In this document: piece by piece, positions 16,012 through 26,400 of the stretch
Layout of the letters: the number at the start of each line of letters is the position of its first letter
Numbering within the stretch: position 1 is the first letter of the stretch
Source of the DNA: a virus
Taxonomy: Duplodnaviria; Caudoviricetes
IMG/VR virus record: IMGVR_UViG_3300008050_000185
Span: 1-30,844 of that record
Strand: one strand, 5' to 3'
DNA length: 30,844 bases
Translations under genes and position numbers: made by a program
Notes under the pieces: generated by a model
The model's input: the letters and a program-made list of their open reading frames with translations, nothing else
What the model was told of the DNA's origin: nothing
Databases searched by the model: none

Positions 16012-16950
16012 CTAATTGATATTAGAAATGAGAGAGGTAAGAATATCTTCTTCTTGAATAAAAGAAGCCTGAGATGATAAACGTTTAAATTCATCCTTCG
16101 ACATTTCACCAACGTCTTCATATTCTTCTAAATCCAACTCTCGTATCTCAATACCATATTTTAATAACAAACGTTTAATTTTAAGGGCCTTCCATTTGGC
16201 GTCTTTATCTAACGCCAAAAGAACAGGTGTGTCATGTTTAATAATCTTCTTAAAAAGTACAGAATTTTCGGATAATGTCGAGCCCAAGATAGGCACCGCG
16301 TTTACAGCCTTCATGGCATCAAAAATACCCTCAACAATCGTTATCTCTTTATCGAAATCCAGATATAACTCATTAAAAATAATATTACGGCTTGCTGCTG
16401 GGTTGAGGTATTTGAAATCTCCTTCGGTAAGGGCGCGCGCGACAAAATAATTTGCGGCGCCGTCTTCGTTAAAAGACGGAAAGATAACCCTGTCACGATA
16501 ACGACCGGACGAACAATACCCTACCTTCCACCCAAGAACATCCTTTTTGTCAATTCCTCGCCCTTCTAAATACTTTAACATCTTTCTGCCGCACGAATCA
16601 AGATGCGCGCGAGTCAGACTCTTGAAGTCGCTCGGGAGATCCACCACCTGGATATTCTCTTCTGGTATTTCCCCCTCAAATAGGGCCTCGAAGCGGCCTA
16701 AATCCTCTCTGGGCGCGCCCATGAGGGTCCTCCAACCTTCCTGGTCCTTAAAGGAACCAAATCGTCTGACGACCCTATATAGGCTTCTTCCGCGCTGATT
16801 GCATACCCAACACTTATAGACATTTCGCTTCAAGTTGACAGAAAATTTTCTCTTTTCGTGCTTACAGTAGGGACAAAAGAACACATATTCGTCGTTCGTT
16901 TGGAAATGCGAACCGAGGATATTAGAGAGAATAGATAGCTTTTCATTCAT
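16012..16950 (-). CDS. DNA primase (DnaG/T4 gp61-like)
   Basis: 312 aa; Zn ribbon CPYC...CWVC, YLEGRGI, RVIFP, KYLNP, TOPRIM IVEGIFDA and ALDKDA. Confidence 0.92.
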   Translation of the reverse strand: MNEKLSILSNILGSHFQTNDEYVFFCPYCKHEKRKFSVNLKRNVYKCWVCNQRGRSLYRVVRRFGSFKDQEGWRTLMGAPREDLGRFEALFEGEIPEENIQVVDLPSDFKSLTRAHLDSCGRKMLKYLEGRGIDKKDVLGWKVGYCSSGRYRDRVIFPSFNEDGAANYFVARALTEGDFKYLNPAASRNIIFNELYLDFDKEITIVEGIFDAMKAVNAVPILGSTLSENSVLFKKIIKHDTPVLLALDKDAKWKALKIKRLLLKYGIEIRELDLEEYEDVGEMSKDEFKRLSSQASFIQEEDILTSLISNIN

Positions 16951-16956
16951 ACTACT

Positions 16957-16985
16957 AATATAACATACTTTAAGGGCTCTGTCAA
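16957..16985 (-). promoter_or_regulatory. sigma70-type promoter TTGACA-N17-TATATT with extended -10 TG
   Basis: Minus strand: TTGACA (16985-16980) gagcccttaaagtatgt TATATT (16962-16957) agtagt ATG. The -35 hexamer overlaps the RuvC TGA stop. Confidence 0.85.
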
Positions 16986-17506
16986 GTCTTTTTTTGGATC
17001 TCGCGTAAAGTTAAATAACCGGCGCGCGCAACAACGATAGCATCTGCGATATCGTAGCAATACTTCTGAATATTACCTTTTTTTGTGTAAATGATGCCGA
17101 AATCTTCATTTTCAAGGAAGTATTTCATAACAATTTCCTTGGCTTTCTCGCCTCTTTTGACTTTTATGCCACATTTTGACCGAGCGCCAATAGGAGTGAT
17201 ATAATTAGGTTCCATCCCATATATATTATAACATAACCAGGAAACAATGCCATTAAATCGTTGCAGAATTGACATAGTTTTAGCAGTTGAGCCTCCTCGA
17301 CGGAAGAACATGAGAGCTTGTTCAACATAAATGTATTCAATTTTAAAATTTTTCTTTATATCCTTTAAAGCATTTTCGACTTCTTGTCCTTTTTCAAAAA
17401 AGTTCTTGATTTTTCTCAAATCAATGTATTGTGTATGAACAATTTTGTCATTTTTGAGAACACATACCCCCACAATACTTGTGCTAATGTCGAGTCCGAG
17501 GATCAT
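16982..17506 (-). CDS. ruvC: RuvC-like Holliday junction resolvase
   Basis: 174 aa; ILGLDISTSIVG (Asp), IYVEQ (Glu), YDIADAIVVA (Asp pair) RNase H-fold catalytic pattern. Confidence 0.85.
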   Translation of the reverse strand: MILGLDISTSIVGVCVLKNDKIVHTQYIDLRKIKNFFEKGQEVENALKDIKKNFKIEYIYVEQALMFFRRGGSTAKTMSILQRFNGIVSWLCYNIYGMEPNYITPIGARSKCGIKVKRGEKAKEIVMKYFLENEDFGIIYTKKGNIQKYCYDIADAIVVARAGYLTLREIQKKT

Positions 17507-17509
17507 CTA

Positions 17510-18727
17510 TTAAAAATCCAACTTAAGTTTAAATGTGTAATCCACAGTCTCGGTCTTCTTGACTGGTGTAGCGGTACTAGCAATTCCTATTAAATTTCCT
17601 TGATCATCATATAGCCCTATTTTAGAGATATAAGTTATTTTCTCGAAGGAGCCTGTGGGGTCTGGATAAGGGCTCAGAGCGGTATTCTTGATAACAAGCT
17701 CTGGTTCTAGATAAGAATAGGCTCCCGAAATGGGCTCCATAGATTGACTATGGAGAACATAGGTGGGATTATTGGAGTAATTAAACTCGCCCTTGTCCGC
17801 ATGCGCAAACATTGTAACTGTGGGAACGTTTTGGGTTCCATTAAAGTTCATCATAAAACTCGCGCTCGGGATTTGACCTGAGTCTATCGCGCCTCCAGAA
17901 TAAGATTCGTGGCCTCCCAACCCTGTGCCGAAATTAATCCAAGAAGAATTCATGAGAGGGAGTCCTCCGCCGTAATTACGCGCTGTGGGTTCAAGATCCC
18001 AACTGCCAGTCAAAATAATAAAGCCCTGACCGTATAAAACAACGCCTGCACAAGAAGCTGACCCTTGACTTTGGGCATATGCGGTTCCATCGGTCTGAAT
18101 TAATTCGCCATTTTGAGTGATGTCTTGCAGCCGACCGATTAAGGTGCCAGAAATATAAAATTTGAGATCCACGGTCCCCTTTTGAATGGAGGATCCATAA
18201 AAAATGGAGGGAATAGAGATAAGAGACAATTCTTGAGTGGCCTTATCCCCCAAACTTGAGCTAAAAGCATAATGTTGACTTGAAAATATGTTGTAATTCA
18301 AGATATTTTGCAATGCCCTAACATGCGCCCGTGGATGGGGGGCTGGTGCGATTAAAGTGCCCGCGCCAAGTTGCCAATATTCGCGCGATATGCTGGCCAA
18401 TAAGGGATATGAACCGGTAAGGGTATCTCCATACTGAAACCCTCCAACAAACTCACTTGTTGAGATGGTCTTAAAATTAGATAAAGTTCCATTTTTGACA
18501 ATAAAGGGATAAATAAGGCCAGTCTGGGCTTCATTCCTGTCCACATTCATTTCATACAAAGAAATGTAACCCGTTGGAGCATTCGGGGTGCTTGATGTAA
18601 AGGCGCCGGATATTGTGCTTACATTTTGGTAATAAGTTTTACTATCATAAACGTCTATCTGAATTGTAGGATACGTCTTGATAGTATTATAGAAAATATC
18701 GTTTGATGTAAATTTTTTTAGAGGCAT
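17510..18727 (-). CDS. Putative baseplate/tail structural protein
   Basis: 405 aa, S/G/T-rich; C-terminal EFNYSNNPTY...YISKIGLYDDQGNLIGIA...PVKK...LKLDF module shared with 18743..19750; SD GGAGGT. Confidence 0.6.
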   Translation of the reverse strand: MPLKKFTSNDIFYNTIKTYPTIQIDVYDSKTYYQNVSTISGAFTSSTPNAPTGYISLYEMNVDRNEAQTGLIYPFIVKNGTLSNFKTISTSEFVGGFQYGDTLTGSYPLLASISREYWQLGAGTLIAPAPHPRAHVRALQNILNYNIFSSQHYAFSSSLGDKATQELSLISIPSIFYGSSIQKGTVDLKFYISGTLIGRLQDITQNGELIQTDGTAYAQSQGSASCAGVVLYGQGFIILTGSWDLEPTARNYGGGLPLMNSSWINFGTGLGGHESYSGGAIDSGQIPSASFMMNFNGTQNVPTVTMFAHADKGEFNYSNNPTYVLHSQSMEPISGAYSYLEPELVIKNTALSPYPDPTGSFEKITYISKIGLYDDQGNLIGIASTATPVKKTETVDYTFKLKLDF

Positions 18728-18742
18728 AAAATTACCTCCGTT

Positions 18743-19750
18743 TTAATAGTCAAGCCTAACTCTGAGAGTTAATTCGTTGGTGGGGTCCTTTTTGAGAGGT
18801 TCGGACACCTTTGCTACCGCAAGAAGTTCGTTATCTGCTGAATAAAGTCCCACAGTTGTAACATAAGAAACAGGATTGTCATCTCTAGTTTGTTTTACAT
18901 TAATGCGGCTTCCACTCAGGTAAGTCGGGTTAGAAGAGTAATTAAATTCGTTATTATTGACGCGGCAGAAATAAATAGTAGAATTAAGTTCGGTCGTGTT
19001 ATTAAAAATATCATTTTTCCAAATGTGACGCATATAATTGCAGGTTCCCGAAATATTCCATGCGTCGGGACCTACCGTTAAAGTAGTCGACCCCGTAAAA
19101 AATGAAGCAGATTCAATAATTTCCGTGGATGCCGTCAATACACAGACGCCGGCTTGATAATATAAGAGCCCCACGCCGGAACCCGGGATAATGGGCGCCG
19201 AAGAGGTGTATAAAATACCAAATTCTCCCGCTGGGGAGTTGACTCGATAGTCATTTTCCGCTCCATGATCCGCTATGACCTTCAGGCCCGGGGTGATTCC
19301 ATCACTTTGTAAAGTCAACGCGAATGAGCCTTTCTTTATTTCATCTTTTGTCAAGAGGCGCGCGAAGTTGATAAAAACACATTGATCTAATTTATCTCCG
19401 CCTGTTAGGTCGCCGTCGCGATCAAAAGGCCGGATCGATCCTGTCTCATCATAACCCACAAGAACCTGCGCCATTTGGTTATAAATATTGCGCTTTTTGG
19501 AATTCATGGAATTCGCGGGGTTATTGAGGGTGGCGGAATATCCATAAGTTAAATCAAAAATGTGATTAGCCGATGAACTCAACACTGGATAATCATAGAC
19601 ACTCTGAAACATGCCATGAGGATAGTTTTGAACATTCAGATCATTATAAGTTCCCGATACAATCGTGCCCGTAAGAGGAATCGCTTCGTTTAAGAGCGTC
19701 CTCGTGCTAGCAACATCGTTGCTTAATAAATTCTTAAATACTGTAGCCAT
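18743..19750 (-). CDS. Putative baseplate/tail structural protein
   Basis: 335 aa; C-terminal YFCR...EFNYSSNPTY...YVTTVGLY...LLAVAK...PLKK...VRLDY module; SD AAGGA. Confidence 0.6.
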   Translation of the reverse strand: MATVFKNLLSNDVASTRTLLNEAIPLTGTIVSGTYNDLNVQNYPHGMFQSVYDYPVLSSSANHIFDLTYGYSATLNNPANSMNSKKRNIYNQMAQVLVGYDETGSIRPFDRDGDLTGGDKLDQCVFINFARLLTKDEIKKGSFALTLQSDGITPGLKVIADHGAENDYRVNSPAGEFGILYTSSAPIIPGSGVGLLYYQAGVCVLTASTEIIESASFFTGSTTLTVGPDAWNISGTCNYMRHIWKNDIFNNTTELNSTIYFCRVNNNEFNYSSNPTYLSGSRINVKQTRDDNPVSYVTTVGLYSADNELLAVAKVSEPLKKDPTNELTLRVRLDY

Positions 19751-19765
19751 TCTGTGATCCTTTTA

Positions 19766-20680
19766 TTATGGAGTTGATTTATATTTTAGATATCGAATAG
19801 GAATATCTAACCGGTAGCCCGTTGTGACGCCCGTTACTCGGATGTTGGTGTCAATCATATAAAATGTGTGGCCGCCCAGCGACGTTTCGGTTCCAACCAA
19901 TGTAAAATAGTAAGTGCTCGAAACTAAATCCAACGAAGATTGTACTTTAAACTTCAAGACAGTTCCTCGCGGGCCAGCAATCGTCTGTGCATCTCCACCA
20001 TCCCCGATTACTTTAATAGATGGGTTATCTATTACAAAAGACGCGTCAGTCCCCAGTGATAAATAATAACTTGCTATCTGGTCATCATCGATATATGAAG
20101 TGGCGGCTAATTGAGTGCCATTCCGATTGATTAGTTGGCCAAACCGGGAATCCATTTCGACCAAATATTGTGTTTCGACTAAGTCGGCATCCAGCTTGCG
20201 GCTTGGAGATACCTCGGTGGTGTCGAGACCTTGGTCAATACGCACCCAAGCCTTCCCCTCGGCGGGGTCGGAGCCGTTAATGACCCCATTTATATTTGCC
20301 AACTTATCCATAGTGGTGTCGTCGGCAGCAACATAATAAACGCCCACGTCGGCCATGACATTATCCCTGGTAAACACCTGATTTAGCTTTAAGATGGGCA
20401 AATAAATCAAGTTAGTTCGAGGAATGCTTATAATTTTAGAATGCAACTGGGAAGTATTATTAGTAAACGCTTCTAAAATAGGAGTCTGCATAATTTCTAA
20501 ATCATAATATGCGGAACCGCTAGGATTGTTATAATCATACAATTCATAATTAATTTCGTCGTCGCCTAAAGCGAATTTTGTTATTTTAAATGAACCATCT
20601 CCCAAGGCGAGACGCATTCGTCCAGTGTCGGTTAGTACGGCGTCTAAAATAATATCGCCAGCGTTGTCTAAAAAAGCCAT
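19766..20680 (-). CDS. Putative baseplate/tail structural protein
   Basis: 304 aa; N-terminal ILDAVLTDTGRMRLA...FKITKFALGDDEINY, reminiscent of tail-collar/fibre-attachment N-termini. Confidence 0.6.
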   Translation of the reverse strand: MAFLDNAGDIILDAVLTDTGRMRLALGDGSFKITKFALGDDEINYELYDYNNPSGSAYYDLEIMQTPILEAFTNNTSQLHSKIISIPRTNLIYLPILKLNQVFTRDNVMADVGVYYVAADDTTMDKLANINGVINGSDPAEGKAWVRIDQGLDTTEVSPSRKLDADLVETQYLVEMDSRFGQLINRNGTQLAATSYIDDDQIASYYLSLGTDASFVIDNPSIKVIGDGGDAQTIAGPRGTVLKFKVQSSLDLVSSTYYFTLVGTETSLGGHTFYMIDTNIRVTGVTTGYRLDIPIRYLKYKSTP

Positions 20681-20699
20681 AGTTTAATCCCTTTCTCTA

Positions 20700-20709
20700 T
20701 ATAAATAGT
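20700..20709 (-). promoter_or_regulatory. Putative late promoter motif ACTATTTATA
   Basis: In the 52-nt intergenic gap, 19 nt before ATG 20680. Confidence 0.65.
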
Positions 20710-20732
20710 ATCTTTCACGTATAAGTGTGTAA

Positions 20733-21416
20733 TTATTTTCTCTCTCTTTCTGTGGTTTTGCGTGCAGTTTTGAATTGTACATTTAAATCTATCTGTTTCC
20801 CAGTTTCTTTAGAAGTTAACCTAATCTTAAATTTGTTTCCAAACAGACCCTCACTTTCCACCCCCAAGACAATGGTGGCATTTTTGGCAGTTGTCAGACC
20901 TTCGAGGTTAGTGCGAGAATAGTCTACCATGGACTGAGCTATTGTGGGGACAATATTCATCATCTTTTTTAGGGATTTGGCGGGGCGTCTTGGGGTCAAA
21001 GCGGGCTTTAATTCTACGGGTTTAATAATGGGGAATATAACGCCATCATTACTCACCATAATCACCGAAAAGACGGGCGACGGGTTGGAAAACTTACCAT
21101 GACGATCAATGGAACGAAACATATAGTAATATAAAGTATTTGGCTTGATGTCATCAATATAAGTGGCGGCGGATGCTTGCTGCAGCGATGTGGGATCGAT
21201 ATCCGTGCTGACTAGGGTGTGAAAATGATTACTAAAATCCACATATTTTTCTGGCAATGTGACCATGCGATATATTTCGAAGTGATCCACTGGGTCATCT
21301 GTAGTGTACCACACACGGGAAGTCCCGGGTACCTTTTTATCCCGGCGGAGATTATCTATGAAGATTTGTTCTCCGGGTCGGTCTAGGATGATGGGATCCA
21401 TGAGATAGGAACCCAC
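20733..21416 (-). CDS. C-terminal segment of a probable 918-codon structural protein (FN3-like: FEIYR...YIDDIKPNTLYYYMFRSIDRHGKFSNPS)
   Basis: In frame with 21456..23489 across a single TAG; no SD upstream of the GTG at 21416. Confidence 0.6.
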   Translation of the reverse strand: MGSYLMDPIILDRPGEQIFIDNLRRDKKVPGTSRVWYTTDDPVDHFEIYRMVTLPEKYVDFSNHFHTLVSTDIDPTSLQQASAATYIDDIKPNTLYYYMFRSIDRHGKFSNPSPVFSVIMVSNDGVIFPIIKPVELKPALTPRRPAKSLKKMMNIVPTIAQSMVDYSRTNLEGLTTAKNATIVLGVESEGLFGNKFKIRLTSKETGKQIDLNVQFKTARKTTERERK

Positions 21417-21455
21417 ATGAGTATTTAAATTAATTTTAATTTTATTATCAACGCC

Positions 21456-23489
21456 CTATAGCGGATAAATAAAGGTATCGGGGAAAACGGGAGGATTGTC
21501 CATTATGCGGCCCGTGCGTTCATAAATTTGTCTTTCCATAATTTTGACATTTGGGCGCACCGTCACACTCACATTCGCTCGGAGTTGGTCATAATCCCTC
21601 ACCTGGATCTGATTAGTGAGAGAAACTTCATAATTTGGAAGAATGTCCACATTAAGATTAACGGACCCGAAAGGAGCCATAACAGTATTTGAGGGAGCAC
21701 CGACACCGCTTCCCTCGATCTGGTTGGGGGCGGGGAAGAAAGAGGGAGTGCCTGAATTATTCCCATACACTGCAGCCGTGTAAAAATTACTAGGTGAGGC
21801 CACAGTTGCGGTCTCGCTGGCCACTACCACTTCGGCATTTTCGAGCGTTGGTGCACTATCACTCGTCGAGGAGACAGAGCCCTCCACTGAAAAACCAAAT
21901 ACATCCTCGAAGATATTTAGGACAGCTTCGGTTGCGCCCGGAGTGTTTAAATCAGCCGTAATGATGTCGGGCACAATCTCAAGATTCGTATACTCATATT
22001 CGGAGCCAATTACTAGCTCGTATGCATAAATAATGTATTTATAGGCCTTATCATATTTAACCTGAGTGTCAAAATATTTAATAACATCAATCTCATTGGA
22101 ATTAGGAAACCAAAAATTTTGAATGGGGACTCCTTGGCCTGAGTCCGTACTGTACTTAGCTACGCGGTAAGCTACAGTTTCGGTGTAACATTTTTCTCCA
22201 TTGGTGATTTGGGCATAACTGCGCATTTTACTTTTAATGAGCGATTGCAATTTACCCGAAAATATGAGTAATGATAAAATTTTAGAAAAGGAGGACTGGA
22301 TATTGCGCGCGATTTGGACTGACGCGTCTTGGTTGCCCATAAATACTTCGCTTTTAGACGACGATCCGAAATCAATAGTATTGTGGAGAAACCCATCCCA
22401 CCACTCCAATACATCAATCTCGGGAAGCTCACTTCCTTCGACAATATTTGGCGCGCCGGTTGATTTTATAGTGTTGCTCCCAAATCGATTGCCAGCTCCT
22501 CCCAGGTCGGGTCGAAGACCGGGGGATTGATTAGCCGATGTATTTCCCACCACTGTTTGGAAGCTCGTGCCTTTTCCTTTAAACATCTTTAAATTAGCTA
22601 ATTGGGCGCCCGCATCGGTGGTCTCGTCGGCTGCTCTGTCGATGAAAGATATATATTTTAAAAAAGAGGTGCTCAACTGTGAATCTTTTAAGATTTGCGC
22701 AAACTCTGTTCTACTGTCGGTTCTAAATTCTATTTTACTTACCATGGGAAAAATATTAACATGGGATTCGATTTCTTTTAACATGTCTATATTGTCTATG
22801 GGAAAAATTACATTTGAGAAACGACTGGCTAAAAGCTGGCGATTGCCTCCGCCGGTATTCGCTATTTTTTTAGAAATATTAGTATACAGTAGCTCTCGTG
22901 CGTCGGCATCATCATTTTTCATGAGATTGGTCATCTTCACTTCTTGTTTCGGTGCCACACCGAAGCCCGTAATCAAATTTTCAAAAAAGGGGTCGACGTT
23001 ATTAGCATCGTTCGATATCTCCGCATAAATATTGGGTAAAACTTTCTCCGACACTTGGGGTAAAGTTAATATAAATTCATAAGGGCGGACATAAAAATTA
23101 TATACAAACTCCACATCTCCGTAAAGGGCGCCAGTACCGCCGAGGGTGTCCTCGTACTTAGGTATTAAGCTTTCTAAATCGAAAACCATGTCTGTTTGGG
23201 TAACCCCGATGGGAAACATAGCCGCCATATAATCTTTCCAATCTTTTTCAGTGGGGAAAAAGGAGGGTATCCCTAAAATTTCAATTTTCTGTTTCACATT
23301 AAAGAAGGGGGCCTGGGCGCTTTTGGTAGTCAGTTGTTCTCCATACATAACCTCTATCTTTTTGGCCGTCGCTGGGGGAGGATTTCCGTGTGCGGAGCCT
23401 ACCCAATAATTCCCCATAGCACTACGAAAGGCATCACCCGTTCCCGCTGTTGCGTCTAATCCAATAAAAAGTGTAGTTTTCTTAGCCAT
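21456..23489 (-). CDS. Large hypothetical virion protein, N-terminal segment (ends at an in-frame TAG)
   Basis: 677 aa; YRVAKY...PIQNFW...YFDTQVKYDKAYKYIIYAY; TAATG-coupled to the upstream gene. Confidence 0.65.
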   Translation of the reverse strand: MAKKTTLFIGLDATAGTGDAFRSAMGNYWVGSAHGNPPPATAKKIEVMYGEQLTTKSAQAPFFNVKQKIEILGIPSFFPTEKDWKDYMAAMFPIGVTQTDMVFDLESLIPKYEDTLGGTGALYGDVEFVYNFYVRPYEFILTLPQVSEKVLPNIYAEISNDANNVDPFFENLITGFGVAPKQEVKMTNLMKNDDADARELLYTNISKKIANTGGGNRQLLASRFSNVIFPIDNIDMLKEIESHVNIFPMVSKIEFRTDSRTEFAQILKDSQLSTSFLKYISFIDRAADETTDAGAQLANLKMFKGKGTSFQTVVGNTSANQSPGLRPDLGGAGNRFGSNTIKSTGAPNIVEGSELPEIDVLEWWDGFLHNTIDFGSSSKSEVFMGNQDASVQIARNIQSSFSKILSLLIFSGKLQSLIKSKMRSYAQITNGEKCYTETVAYRVAKYSTDSGQGVPIQNFWFPNSNEIDVIKYFDTQVKYDKAYKYIIYAYELVIGSEYEYTNLEIVPDIITADLNTPGATEAVLNIFEDVFGFSVEGSVSSTSDSAPTLENAEVVVASETATVASPSNFYTAAVYGNNSGTPSFFPAPNQIEGSGVGAPSNTVMAPFGSVNLNVDILPNYEVSLTNQIQVRDYDQLRANVSVTVRPNVKIMERQIYERTGRIMDNPPVFPDTFIYPL

Positions 23490-26400
23490 TACAGAATATC
23501 CAATTTGGTTGTGCGTATTTGGTTAATAATCATATTACTCTGAAACGCTGGGGCGGTTTGTGCATTTTGGGCAATTTCCGATTTTAATACCCCGAGGACA
23601 CCGCTGCCCACACTCATAGATGTGAGATCCAGTTCAATCATTGCACTATCGGGACTCTCGGTTGATTTTCTTTTCTTAATGCTAAAATTGGACGGAGCGG
23701 TGGAAATAAGAAAATATTGATCGAAGGATTTGACATCAATCCCGTCCGATATACCAACACCCAAGGCTTCATTGGTATATGGGCGCACCCGACATAAAAG
23801 AACCTTTTGGCCCGTTAATTTAGTGAGGTGGTGCGCCTTTAGAAGGGTGAATTGGGGGGCCATCATTAAGCTCACCCCGTTGCTATTGGCTTTGTACCCA
23901 CTCAAAAACTCAACCTGAGAAATCATATCATAGTTATATCTATAATATTCCGACGTGTCGACGCTTTTAATTAAATCAATCCCCGTATCGGGCCAGTTAT
24001 TGGAAACAGCTTCACTCTTACCAAACATCAATGAGCGGATCTGGTTTGGTATTAAATCGAAATTAATATTTTTATCAGCCACAGATGTTCTGGTGGGGTC
24101 CTCTTCAGGCCTCGTCATTGCCTGAGTTTCTGGCTCGGGCTCTTCTTCGGGCCGTGTCATGGAATAAGTTTGCGATTGAGATTTGGTACGACGCATGAGA
24201 GAGATGGCACTTGTATCACTATTTAAATCAAAAGTGGCCATGTTCTTCTTAACTGGCGATACGAAAGGGGAGGGACGCATGGGGAGGTTGCTAGCTTGTG
24301 GGCCCAGGTTTTTTGTAACAGCCAAATCTTGCAGAAATATGGTTGCAATGGGGAGGTTTTTCCTACTTTGTGTATCCGTCTCAGTGATTAGGATTTTTTC
24401 CTCACAATAATCCCCCGTAGAGTTTATTAAATCGGAAGATACCTGCAGATCTTCACTTCCAAGGATTTCTCCCACACTCAAAGAATCATCAATTGTCAGT
24501 CCTTCAGTAACCTGGCTGAATAGAGTCGGAGGGCTCGGTATAACATTTACATTTAATTGCCCTAATATATTCGCACACGCCAAGTTTCCGGCGGTCTCCA
24601 TGGTGGAAGAATAGTTGGCTGTATTCGTCGGGGTTCCGGCATAACTTGCGTTTGTGGGCGCCCACTGACCAGCACTGGAGGCAACAAGGGCAGCGGATAA
24701 GCCTGTATACTGCTCGGTGTTATTAGAAAATTCAGGGCTAGAACATCTATCTACCACTAAGTCGGGCCCCGCAAAGATAACGGCTGGAGTTATATAAGAG
24801 GGGGCAATTTCGGATAAATTTAAGAGATCAGTATTGAGGCCGCCGGCGGGGCCAAGATCGATGGCACCCAGAGTGGACTGGAGATTTTGTAAATCGGGAG
24901 AGGCCCAGTAGAGTGTATTTTCTTGAGTTATACGCTCCTCAAAAGCCGCTTTTGTCACCGTCTTTAATCCTACCAGTCGTGTGGCGCCCGGAACTCCTAA
25001 AAAATCCATTCCAATATCGCTACGCTCATTGCTGTTGTATATTTCATTAAAAAATCTCCTTATCGTTATAGTAGACGCCTTAAATTTAGAGCTAGTTTGT
25101 CTTTTTACTTCATTCCCCGGCAACTCAGTGTGAAGACGGGGGCCTAGAATTTGAGTTAATTTAGTGATGAGCATATCAATCAATGAATTAAACGCCCGGA
25201 TGCCTTCCAAATTACCGGATTTGGGAGAGATTAGGGCGTAGAGACGTTTCCCTAATGATTTAGGGTCTTGAATGCGGGTGAGAGAACTAATAACATCCAC
25301 AAAAACTGTGATGCTTTTCACCCACGGGAGTTGATCGGAATCGAATTTGTTATAATATTTGGTTAACTTCGAAGTAAAGTGAGCAGATTTATGATTATAA
25401 AATTTGGGCATCGAAGCGGTAGAATTATAGAGAATCATCATGTCTCGAATATTAACTAGGCGCTTCAATTGCTTATTCAAGAAATCAACGGTACCGTCGA
25501 GGATCTCTATTTCTATTCCGTATTGATAATATCCATCCGTTAGGCCGGCGAACCCCTTATCTAAAACGGTAAATGTGCGCAACTGTGTGGCACCCCCCAA
25601 TACCGTCAATTCTCGGATCCCTCCCCAATTAGTATCTGTGCTTTTTAAAATACCTTCCGGAGTATCTCCCGTCATTGTTATATCAGCGATGGGTTCAACC
25701 GGATCGACGACTACTTGACCAAAAACAGGACTCCCAAGGCGATTATCTCCAATCTCTTGGCGTACCCGTCGTCGCAGTACCTTAAGGTGGGTGATTTTAG
25801 AGCCCTTATAAATATCAGCATACGCCTGGGGGTTGGACGCCTTATCGATGATATTCCCAAATTGAGTTTTATCACGAATTATACGGTTATAATCCAACTG
25901 AAATAAAAATTTAGCCTGACCATCAGTGCCATATGAAATAAAGGCGTCCGAAAAATATACTTCGGGTGGATTTTGGATTACACGCTGCGTCGGGGCGGTT
26001 TTTTCAATTTTAGAAAATACATTGGGCGCCGGAATCAAATCGAAATCCATCAACTTCAGCGCGTCAACTTCGCGGTAATCCTGAATTTTTGTATTGGCCA
26101 TTTTCCGTCGGACTAAATAGCGGGAGGTGGCGTCATGGGTTTCGAGGGTCATCCACCGACCGTCGGGCATTCTATGGGTAGGTCCGGAGTAAATTTGCCC
26201 TCCATTTTCGAAGAAGAAACAGTAAGTTTCTAATTGAAGACTCCCTTTCTCGATCACCTTTTCTCCAGTTAAGAGACCCCTTACTAAGTTCGCGTTGGCA
26301 TCGGGTAATAAAAATTCCATTTCGTAATCACGGCACAATGCTCCGAGGTCAAAGAAGCACAAAGCAAAGTAAGCCAGGTGATGAGGCTCCAGATCATTTA

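Noticed and set aside
7284-16950. Inteins, introns or homing endonucleases in terminase, portal, Rad50 or primase
   Set aside because: Motif spacing and lengths are normal; no splice-junction or LAGLIDADG/HNH/GIY-YIG motifs recognised.
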